From positions 13,495 through 77,494 of IMG/VR virus record IMGVR_UViG_3300048672_000851: a DNA stretch of 64,000 bases; one strand, written 5' to 3'. Position 1 is the first letter of the stretch, and every line of letters begins with the position of its first letter. The notes below the pieces were generated by a model that saw only the letters and a program-made list of their open reading frames with translations, was not told the origin of the DNA and searched no databases. The translations under genes and the position numbers were made by a program. This document shows positions 16,567 through 24,307 of this stretch, piece after piece. Origin of the DNA: a virus.

Positions 16567-18396
16567 ATGTACCACTTAACCTTTCAGGAAACCTCCGAAA
16601 ACATACCTTACAAGCTTGCAGTGGTACTCCCCTACCCTGCCATCCAGCAGAAAAAGAATGTCGAAGAAGCCTACTGTAAGCCGTTTGGAATAGACCCTAA
16701 GGAAGTGATTTTCTTCGGGTTTATTACTCCCGCCAACGGTAAACAGATGCCAGCAAAAGAGGCCAAAGATGCTGCGGCAAATGTTATGGCAGCCTGTGAA
16801 CACCTTGGCATTAAGACCATCTATATCGCTGAAACATCCATCTTTAAAGCTGCTTCAGGGGTTAAGAAGGCTACCCCTTACCTTGGTATTCCCACGCCCT
16901 GTAAGGACGATACAAAGCCCTTTACACTGGTCTATGGCATTAACCATCAACGGCTATTCTATGATCCAAGTCTTAAAATGGAATTGGAACGAGGCTTTAA
17001 CATTGCCTACTCAATTGCCGATGGCCGTAACTACGAAGTCATTCCACCGGATTTAAGAAAAAAAGTAGTTATTGTTGATGATTACTTTGAGATCCAATCA
17101 AAATTAATTGAATTACTTTCCGAACCCAAGTTATCTCTTGATGCTGAAACATTCAGTTTGAAGTTTTATGAAGCTGGCTTAGGTACGTTTACTTTGTCCC
17201 CTTCAGAAGAATTAGCTTATGCTTTTCCATGCGATGTAATGGAAGAAGATGGACAATCAATTCGTGAAGTTAATATTCCAGTCAGACGTTTATTAAAGAC
17301 TTTCCTAGATAATTATCGTGGAACAATGGTTTACCATAATGGTAGCTACGATATGAAAGTTCTTATCTATGTTCTGTACATGGAAGAAAAACTCCACAAC
17401 TTAAAAGGTATGTTAACTGGCATAGAAGCCTTAACTACCAAAATGAAGTTTGAAGACACTAAGTTAATTACCTATGTGGCTACAAACAGTACATCAGGCA
17501 ATGACTTATCACTTAAACATCAAGCAAGAGAATTTGCAGGTAATTACGGTTTAGGTGATGACATCAAAGACATTCTTAAAATTAAACTAGAAGACCTGTT
17601 AATCTATAACGGTATTGACGGTTTAAGTACTAATTATGTCTACAACAAACATTGGCCAACAGTTTTATCAGATAATCAAGAATACGTTTATCGTGAAATT
17701 CTCCTTAAATCAGTTAAGTTATTCTTACAAGCAGAACTAACTGGTATTCCTATTTCACTTGAAAAAGTGAAAGAAGTAGAAGAAATTCTTAAACAAGCCA
17801 GAAAGGAACAAACAGATAAGCTTTATGCTAATCCAGCAGTACTTGAATATGTTCCTAAGCTCCAACAAAAGAAAGTTGATCAGCACAATGCTAAGTTAAA
17901 AACTAAGCGTGTTGGTTTAGACTTGTACTCTCATATTACTTATAATCCTGGTTCTGACCAACAAACAGTTGAGTTATTAATTGAACAAGGTCAAATGGTG
18001 TATGAAGATACAACTGATTCTGGAGCACCATCAGTCTCTAAAGATGCATTAATTAAAATTAAAGCACTAAACCAAGATAAACCTATTTATCTAGAAATAG
18101 TTGATGTACTTATTGAATTAAGTCAAATTGACATTCTCTTAGATAACTTCATTGAAGCATTCAAGAATAACTCTGCTTATCGTGAAGGAATGGGTTATTT
18201 TTTATTTGGTTCATTCAACATCGGTGGTACTGTATCTGGTCGATTAAGTTCATCTAAACCAAACTTACAGAATTTACCATCCAAAGGTAACAAGTATGCT
18301 TATTTAATTAAGTCATGCTTCGTTGCGCCTAAAGCAAGATACATAGTTGACAAGGATAAGTGGCGGAGTATACTGGCTCCTTACAAAGACATTTGA
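16567..18396 (+). CDS. family A DNA polymerase, N-terminal part (3'-5' exonuclease, thumb, start of palm)
   Basis: ExoI LDAET, ExoII HNGSYD, ExoIII YNGID, GTVSGRLSSSKPNLQN; stops before motif A. Confidence 0.92.
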   Translation: MYHLTFQETSENIPYKLAVVLPYPAIQQKKNVEEAYCKPFGIDPKEVIFFGFITPANGKQMPAKEAKDAAANVMAACEHLGIKTIYIAETSIFKAASGVKKATPYLGIPTPCKDDTKPFTLVYGINHQRLFYDPSLKMELERGFNIAYSIADGRNYEVIPPDLRKKVVIVDDYFEIQSKLIELLSEPKLSLDAETFSLKFYEAGLGTFTLSPSEELAYAFPCDVMEEDGQSIREVNIPVRRLLKTFLDNYRGTMVYHNGSYDMKVLIYVLYMEEKLHNLKGMLTGIEALTTKMKFEDTKLITYVATNSTSGNDLSLKHQAREFAGNYGLGDDIKDILKIKLEDLLIYNGIDGLSTNYVYNKHWPTVLSDNQEYVYREILLKSVKLFLQAELTGIPISLEKVKEVEEILKQARKEQTDKLYANPAVLEYVPKLQQKKVDQHNAKLKTKRVGLDLYSHITYNPGSDQQTVELLIEQGQMVYEDTTDSGAPSVSKDALIKIKALNQDKPIYLEIVDVLIELSQIDILLDNFIEAFKNNSAYREGMGYFLFGSFNIGGTVSGRLSSSKPNLQNLPSKGNKYAYLIKSCFVAPKARYIVDKDKWRSILAPYKDI

Positions 18397-18407
18397 GAGG
18401 TGCCAGT

Positions 18408-18911
18408 ATGCAAGAAACTAGTCGTGGAGCAATCACTAAAACAAAGCTGTACCATATCTGGGACAGCATGTATCAACGTTGTTTAAACCCTAATTCGTCC
18501 GGCTACCATAAATACGGTGCTAAAGGTATCGGTGTTTGCGCTGATTGGCTAGACGCCTATAACTTTATGGGTTGGGCTTTACTTAACGGGTATAGAGATG
18601 GTTTAACTATAGAACGAGTAGATTTTACTAAAGACTACTCACCACAAAACTGTACTTGGATACCAGCAGAATACCAAGCTCAAAATAGAGGTAAAAGTAG
18701 TTTAAATACTTCTGGTTTTGTTGGTGTTAATTGGCATAACGAAAAAAAATGCTGGATTGCACGAGTTACAGTTAAGGGTAAAAGAACAGAAATAGGTAAA
18801 TATGACTCTGCTATAGAAGCTCACTTAGCCAGAGGAAAATATTTTAAAGATAACAACTTATTGGATAATTTGAGAACTTATGAATTACAGCACAAAGACA
18901 TTACTATTTGA
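18408..18911 (+). CDS. HNH endonuclease with AP2 DNA-binding domain (putative homing endonuclease) inserted in the polymerase gene
   Basis: WDSMYQRC..YGAKGIGVC..LTIERVD..YSPQNCTW HNH-type motif; NTSGFVGV..WIARV AP2 domain; SD GAGAGG before ATG 18408. Confidence 0.88.
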   Translation: MQETSRGAITKTKLYHIWDSMYQRCLNPNSSGYHKYGAKGIGVCADWLDAYNFMGWALLNGYRDGLTIERVDFTKDYSPQNCTWIPAEYQAQNRGKSSLNTSGFVGVNWHNEKKCWIARVTVKGKRTEIGKYDSAIEAHLARGKYFKDNNLLDNLRTYELQHKDITI

Positions 18912-19872
18912 ACTGGATGCATTAGTTGAGTCTGATGAAATACATAAACATACCAAAAGAATAACGGAGATAATTAAGCTATTACCAGAACAACTTAGAG
19001 ATAAAGTCAAAGAAGCTGTAGTTTATGATGCTGGATGGTTATTTTGTGGCGCAGACTTTGCTTCACTTGAAGATAGAATCTCTGCATTACAAACCAAAGA
19101 CAAGAATAAACTAAAAGTGTACACAGATGGTTATGATGGTCACTGTTTACGTGCGTATGGTTATTTTAGTGAAAACATGCCAGATATAGTTGATACAGTT
19201 GATTCTATCAACTCCATCAAAAAGTTATACCCTGATGAACGCCAAGACAGCAAAGAACCTACATTCTTATTAACGTATGGTGGTACTTGGCATGGATTGG
19301 TTTATAACTGTGGCTTTAGTGAACAAAAGGCCAAGTTAATTGAACAGAGATACCATGTTCTTTACAAAGAGTCAGATGAATGGGTAGAAAACCGTATCAA
19401 ACAAGCCTGTAAAGACGGCTACGTTGAAGTGGCCTTTGGGCTTAGGGTTCGTACACCCATCCTCAAGCAGACTATTCTGAACACATCCAAGACGCCATAC
19501 GAAGCCAAAAAAGAAGCAAGAACCGCTGGTAACGCTTTAGGTCAATCCTACTGTATGCTTAACAACCGCGCTGGTATCGAGGTACAAGAAAAAACCTTAG
19601 CATCGGAGTACGCAATGGACATTTGGCCATCGTGTCATATCCATGATGCTCAGTATTTCTTAGTACGTAACAAGATTGATCCAATTCACTTCTTGAACGA
19701 AACTCTAGTACCAGCAATGGAATGGCAGGATTGGCCTGAAATCCAACACCCGACAGTTAAGTTAGGTGGGGAATTGTCCGTCTTTTACCCATCTTGGAAT
19801 GATGAAGTAACTATTCCAAATGGAGCCAGTAAAGATGAAATCAAAGCAATAGCAAAAGGTAACAAACAATGA
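18880..19872 (+). CDS. family A DNA polymerase, C-terminal catalytic part
   Basis: Motif A GADFASLEDR, motif B RQDSKEPTFLLTYG, motif C HIHDAQY. Confidence 0.92.
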   Translation: MNYSTKTLLFELDALVESDEIHKHTKRITEIIKLLPEQLRDKVKEAVVYDAGWLFCGADFASLEDRISALQTKDKNKLKVYTDGYDGHCLRAYGYFSENMPDIVDTVDSINSIKKLYPDERQDSKEPTFLLTYGGTWHGLVYNCGFSEQKAKLIEQRYHVLYKESDEWVENRIKQACKDGYVEVAFGLRVRTPILKQTILNTSKTPYEAKKEARTAGNALGQSYCMLNNRAGIEVQEKTLASEYAMDIWPSCHIHDAQYFLVRNKIDPIHFLNETLVPAMEWQDWPEIQHPTVKLGGELSVFYPSWNDEVTIPNGASKDEIKAIAKGNKQ

Positions 19873-20789
19873 TTAGAGTTGTTCCAGTTCAAGCATCACA
19901 TAACGTAGTGACTGACACTAAGTTATTTACCATGCTTGCAACTTATCCTCGTGCAGTTCATGCACAACTTCTGACACATCGAGATAAAAGCAAGAATAGT
20001 TCATCTAGTCGTGCTATTCCGGTGTTAACTGAAATTGAAAACATCAAAGCAGATCCTGTTCAAATCTTTTGGACACAAAACCAAAAAGGTATGCAAGGTA
20101 AACGTATTACAGACCAAAAACTAATTGATGAATTAGATTCTCTGGTTCTGGAACATCGTGAAGATGCGTTTGAATTCGCTAAAAAACTATCTGATAAAGA
20201 TGGCTACAACATCCACAAACAAAACGTAAACCGTTTCCTCGAACCATTCTCAAACATTACAGTATTAATCTCTGCAACTGAATGGGAAAACTTTGATTGG
20301 CTTCGTATTGATGAAGCTGCTCAAGGTGAAATCGAAGAACTGGCCAAACAATTACGTGATTGCCGAAATGAAATGGTAGCAATGCCAATTTATGAAGGTG
20401 AATATCACGTACCATTCGTTGACCGTGTACGTGATGAAGATGGTGTTCTGCGCTATTACAGCATGGATGAAGCACATCAAGAACTTGAATTGCAAGATGC
20501 AATTGATGTAAGTACTTCATGCGCTGCACAAACAAGCTACCGTAAATTAGATGACAGCTTGGAAAAAGCAGCAGATGTGAAAGCCAAACTGACTCAAGGT
20601 GATAAGTTACATGCTTCTCCATTTGAACATGTTGCTACACCAATTCAGCTACCAATTCACAATCTTAAAGATTTACCTTTAAGTTTGTTTATGGAAAAAC
20701 TACCAAAAGGTATTACTCACGTATCTCGTGATTTATCTTTATGGTCTGGTAATTATCGTAACTTCATTCAGTATCGTCATTTAATGTAA
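19869..20789 (+). CDS. thyX: flavin-dependent thymidylate synthase
   Basis: HAQLLTHRDKSKNSSSSRAIP ThyX-type motif; HKQNVNRFLEP; HASPFEH. Confidence 0.8.
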   Translation: MIRVVPVQASHNVVTDTKLFTMLATYPRAVHAQLLTHRDKSKNSSSSRAIPVLTEIENIKADPVQIFWTQNQKGMQGKRITDQKLIDELDSLVLEHREDAFEFAKKLSDKDGYNIHKQNVNRFLEPFSNITVLISATEWENFDWLRIDEAAQGEIEELAKQLRDCRNEMVAMPIYEGEYHVPFVDRVRDEDGVLRYYSMDEAHQELELQDAIDVSTSCAAQTSYRKLDDSLEKAADVKAKLTQGDKLHASPFEHVATPIQLPIHNLKDLPLSLFMEKLPKGITHVSRDLSLWSGNYRNFIQYRHLM

Positions 20790-20798
20790 GGTGAAACA

Positions 20799-21227
20799 AT
20801 GCAAAACTACATTGGAACCAAATTAGTTAAAGCTATGCCAATGACTCGTCAAGAGTACAATGACTTACGCGGTTGGAAAGTACCTGCTAATGAAAATCCT
20901 GAAGATGATGGTTATTTAGTTGAATACCCTGATTCTGAAGCTAACCATCAAGACTTTGCTGGTTACATTTCATGGTGTCCTAAAAAACAATTTGAAGAAG
21001 CAAATATTTGCTATTCATATTACAGAAATAAACCTGACTTCGTTAATCGTATGCTAGCTGAGTACGCTCAGTTAACATACCGTATTAATAAACTACATTC
21101 ATTCTTGTCTGGTGAAGCTATGCTTTCTACACAAGAAAGAGATTTAATGGTTTGTCAGCTTGCAGCAATGCGAAATTATGCTGATGCATTAAAAGTACGA
21201 ATTGTTGCATCAGGAGTTCAGGTCTAA
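20799..21227 (+). CDS. two-domain phage protein (YIGTK...GYISWxPK domain plus C-terminal helical hairpin)
   Basis: YIGTKLVKAMPMTRQEYN..GYLVEY..GYISWCPK; RMLAEYAQL..RINKL..FL. Confidence 0.8.
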   Translation: MQNYIGTKLVKAMPMTRQEYNDLRGWKVPANENPEDDGYLVEYPDSEANHQDFAGYISWCPKKQFEEANICYSYYRNKPDFVNRMLAEYAQLTYRINKLHSFLSGEAMLSTQERDLMVCQLAAMRNYADALKVRIVASGVQV

Positions 21228-21505
21228 TGGAAAATCAACATCGTTTAATCAAAGGTTATCGTGAATTAACTCAAGTCGAAATTGATTTGATGAATCGCAT
21301 CAAAGCCAAAGGCCGTGAAATGCTTGAACTTCAAAAAGAAGTTCTTGAATACTTGGATAATCAAGTAAAAAACACGGAATGGAGTGCTGAACTTGAACAA
21401 CATCTTGAACATACAACACCTAATCGTTGGGCTGCATTAGCTAAAACCGATATGCAAACTGCAACTATGTTTTTAGTTCGAGCAGTGGCACAACCAACTG
21501 ATTGA
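21227..21505 (+). CDS. acb2: anti-CBASS cyclic nucleotide sponge Acb2
   Basis: MENQHRLIKGYRELTQVEIDLMNRIK...PNRWAALAKTDMQTATMFLVRAVAQP closely follows the Acb2 signature (NQHxxIKGYRxL; RW-A-xxKTDxQT; RAxAQP). Confidence 0.9.
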   Translation: MENQHRLIKGYRELTQVEIDLMNRIKAKGREMLELQKEVLEYLDNQVKNTEWSAELEQHLEHTTPNRWAALAKTDMQTATMFLVRAVAQPTD

Positions 21506-21521
21506 TCCAAGCACAATTAAC

Positions 21522-21545
21522 AAGCCCCTTCATTGGGGCTTTTTT
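21522..21545 (+). terminator. intrinsic terminator
   Basis: aagcccc/ggggctt stem plus T run after acb2. Confidence 0.85.
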
Positions 21546-21556
21546 ATAGGTGATTT

Positions 21557-21724
21557 ATGAAAAAAGGTGATTACTCTTTAAGTCCAGAAGACTTTAAAGC
21601 TAAGTACGGTTATCCATTGTTTGATCTATTTCAAGATGAAAATATTTTCAAACACGTAGCTCAACAAAAATTAGCTAAACAACAGGAACAAAAAGATGAT
21701 TCATGTAACGGAAAAAGTATGTAA
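21557..21724 (+). CDS. 55-aa hypothetical protein, not in ORF track
   Basis: Hand translation MKKGDYSLSPEDFKAKYGYPLF...; SD AGGTG. Confidence 0.6.
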   Translation: MKKGDYSLSPEDFKAKYGYPLFDLFQDENIFKHVAQQKLAKQQEQKDDSCNGKSM

Positions 21725-22040
21725 ATACAAACCTTTTGCTACTTGTGATTCATTAAGTGATTTGCTGGCTTTTGACACAAAAGATGCTTTTACTAAATGT
21801 GGTATGTTTCCAATTTACTTATATGGTAAAAAGAAAGCATTTTACATTACTAATCAATTTGCTGAGTTAATTCAGAGTGTAAATATCTACGGATTACCTA
21901 ATCCTATTAATTTAATACTCAGATATGCTGATGACGGTACATTAGGGTTCCAGTTTCAGTATATTATTGGTGGTTACAAACTCGTTTTGTTATCTCCACA
22001 ACAGCAAGTAGAGTTCATTAAGCTCTTTGATTCTCTATAA
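21696..22040 (+). CDS. hypothetical protein
   Basis: ORF with SD AGGA. Confidence 0.7.
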   Translation: MIHVTEKVCKYKPFATCDSLSDLLAFDTKDAFTKCGMFPIYLYGKKKAFYITNQFAELIQSVNIYGLPNPINLILRYADDGTLGFQFQYIIGGYKLVLLSPQQQVEFIKLFDSL

Positions 22041-22041
22041 C

Positions 22042-22214
22042 CAAACCTTACGTATACCGCACTCCCTGCGCTCACTGGCGTTCGCTTGGGGCGCTATATA
22101 CGTAAGGTTTGTATAGTGACAACGAGAATAGAAAAAGTCTTGAGGACGAGGCCACGCCGAGGACGCTAAGACTTTTGAGATTCGAGTTGGAACGGTGCAA
22201 ACCTTACGTATATA
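22042..22214. repeat. origin-like element: three copies of CAAACCTTACGTATA (direct, inverted, direct) enclosing G.A-rich hairpins
   Basis: Copies at 22042-22056, 22097-22111 (inverted) and 22198-22212; largest non-coding gap in the window. Confidence 0.8.
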
Positions 22215-22262
22215 TATGGGAGTAGGGGATCAGTATTTACAAGGGTTAGCGGGGAGTTTTAC

Positions 22263-22314
22263 GGAAGAAAATCTTCCTTTTTAAAGCAAAAAAGGAAGAA
22301 AATCTTCCTTTTTT
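22263..22314. repeat. two direct copies of the palindromic site GGAAGAAAATCTTCCTTTTT (operator/iteron-like)
   Basis: Copies start at 22263 and 22294, 31 bp apart; each is GGAAGA-aaa-TCTTCC. Confidence 0.85.
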
Positions 22315-22362
22315 ACAACTCAGTGATGTATCCTTGAGGTGGCAAAATCAGAAGGTACACAC

Positions 22363-22794
22363 ATGACTAATAGTAATATAGTCCTTGCAGAATTGCAACG
22401 GGATGAAGCCCTTTCTATCACTAAGATCCGTAAACCTGTTGGTTTATATAGCTGCATAGGCGAATCAGGTCGAGCCAAAGGCAAGCAAAACATGAGCGCT
22501 TTTTCAGTATTCAAAACATTCTCTGCTGTGGAATCCCTAGAGTTTTTCACTATGGCTGAACATAGGAACAGACTCACTAATTTAGTTGATGCTTTCTACA
22601 TATCTGACTATTCAGAATCAGAAGTAAAAAGATTCAGACAAGCAACTAAATCTCTCATTGAAAAAGACTGCATCAAACTAGTTTCTAAGAAAGAAAAAAT
22701 ATACATGATTAATCCAAGATTAATTCTTGGTTCTTTTGAATGTATGGATGAGTTAATCAAGCAATACCAATCCTTAGACAGCAAGGAAAAATAA
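22363..22794 (+). CDS. RepL-like winged-HTH replication/regulatory protein
   Basis: C-terminal SESEVKRFRQATKSLIEKDCIK...IYMINPRL resembles the RepL wHTH; ATG 22363 after GAAGGT (ORF track start 22339). Confidence 0.55.
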   Translation: MTNSNIVLAELQRDEALSITKIRKPVGLYSCIGESGRAKGKQNMSAFSVFKTFSAVESLEFFTMAEHRNRLTNLVDAFYISDYSESEVKRFRQATKSLIEKDCIKLVSKKEKIYMINPRLILGSFECMDELIKQYQSLDSKEK

Positions 22795-23807
22795 TGAAAT
22801 ACACTAACAAAACTAAAATGTCATTACCAATGGCATTATGGTTAGCTACTGAAACCTATGGTGGAAGTAATAACTTCGACAAAAAACAAATCAGCGTAAC
22901 TACACTCTTACGTCCTCTTAAACAGTCTATTCTTGGTTTCCATACCAAAGTAACTGAAATTGACGTATTAGGTGTATTGGCTTCTCGCAAAGGTACTGCT
23001 GTACACGATGCTATTGAGAAAACCCTTAAACAAACCAACATTTATAAAACAATGTTGAATTTGGGTTATTCTGAAGAAGAAGCTGCTGCTATTCGTGTTA
23101 ACCCTTCACCAGAAGAACTACGTTTAAATCCAAACATTGTTCCTCTGTATTCTGAAATCCGTACTGATAAATTAGTCGGTGATTGGACAGTTTCAGGTGA
23201 ATTTGACTTAGTGGTTGATGGTGAAGTTCAAGACGTTAAAAATACCAAAGTGTACTCTTACACTAAAGGTAATAACGATGACAAATACATCAAACAGGGT
23301 AGTTGTTATCGTTGGTTAAATCCAACAATCATTACTAAAGACACAATGAAAATCCAATTCATTTTGGATGACTGGTCTTCTGTAATGGCTTTAAATAGCA
23401 AAAACTATCCACCACATCAGTTAACAGAAAAGACATTTGATTTAATGTCTTATCATGCTACTGATAAGTTTGTACGAGATAAAATTGCAGATATTGAATA
23501 TTACATGCAGTTTGATCCAGATGAAGTAGAAGATCATCTACCACCGTGTACTGACGAAGACTTGTGGCGTTCTGAATCAGAATACAAGTACTACTCTACT
23601 ATCGGTGCTATTCGTGCTACTAAAGCTGGATTTGACACTTTAGCTTCTGCAATGCTTTACATGCAGAATGAAAAAGCTGGTAAAGGTGAAGTACGTGAAA
23701 TTAAAGGCCAAGTAAAAGGTTGCTTATACTGCAATGGCTTTGCTCGTTGTAAACAGAAGAACCAATACTTATTAGATGGCACTCTCATTCTTAAGGAACC
23801 AGTGTAA
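22794..23807 (+). CDS. PD-(D/E)XK / Cas4-like nuclease (N4 gp42-like)
   Basis: SVTTLL, GTAVHDAIE, SGEFDL..DVK, C-terminal Cys cluster C..CLYC..C. Confidence 0.8.
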   Translation: MKYTNKTKMSLPMALWLATETYGGSNNFDKKQISVTTLLRPLKQSILGFHTKVTEIDVLGVLASRKGTAVHDAIEKTLKQTNIYKTMLNLGYSEEEAAAIRVNPSPEELRLNPNIVPLYSEIRTDKLVGDWTVSGEFDLVVDGEVQDVKNTKVYSYTKGNNDDKYIKQGSCYRWLNPTIITKDTMKIQFILDDWSSVMALNSKNYPPHQLTEKTFDLMSYHATDKFVRDKIADIEYYMQFDPDEVEDHLPPCTDEDLWRSESEYKYYSTIGAIRATKAGFDTLASAMLYMQNEKAGKGEVREIKGQVKGCLYCNGFARCKQKNQYLLDGTLILKEPV

Positions 23808-24307
23808 TGACTTTATTTGACTACTTTATTGTTGGTGTAACTATCTTTGCTTTAATCGTAGATTTCTATTTCTTAAATAAATGGCACAACGATGCTATTA
23901 AAGAAAAAGAACTTTTACGTAAACATCTACACGATTATCGTGAAGAACACAGAAATGTTTTAAGACGTTTCGCTGAGTTAGAAGAAGTAGTAGATATTCA
24001 CAGAAATGTTATTACTTCTCAAGTAAACCAGAAATTTGCTATTTTACATAGCAAAGTTAATGGGATTGAAAAAGTGTTGTCTCCGACAACTGTTGTTGAA
24101 AAAGACTCTGAATCAAAACCTCATTCAAAAGCTTCCTTTTCACCATTGCAAAAACGTATCATTAAACAGGCTTACCTAAAGGAAATCGCATCAGCAACAC
24201 CTGATTTAGATTTCTTGGTTCGTGAACTTAATAAGCAACTTGGATTGAATAAATCTAAGCGTTCGTACCAAGGTTATTGGAGCCAAATTAAACATGAAAG
24301 ATCTTAA
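23807..24307 (+). CDS. membrane-anchored coiled-coil protein with possible C-terminal HTH
   Basis: N-terminal TM segment YFIVGVTIFALIVDFYFL; helical middle; basic C-terminus. Confidence 0.7.
   Translation: MTLFDYFIVGVTIFALIVDFYFLNKWHNDAIKEKELLRKHLHDYREEHRNVLRRFAELEEVVDIHRNVITSQVNQKFAILHSKVNGIEKVLSPTTVVEKDSESKPHSKASFSPLQKRIIKQAYLKEIASATPDLDFLVRELNKQLGLNKSKRSYQGYWSQIKHERS

Noticed and set aside
18330-19030. Group I intron or intein in the DNA polymerase gene
   Set aside because: Almost no non-coding sequence for a ribozyme core, no recognisable P7 elements by eye, and no intein terminal residues; treated as a non-splicing split gene pending an Infernal search
22042-22314. CRISPR mini-array or retron msr-msd
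   Set aside because: Repeats are inverted or palindromic without regular spacers, and there is no reverse transcriptase or cas operon in the window
22794-23807. Cas4 as evidence of a CRISPR system
   Set aside because: Stand-alone PD-(D/E)XK nuclease in the conserved N4 replication block
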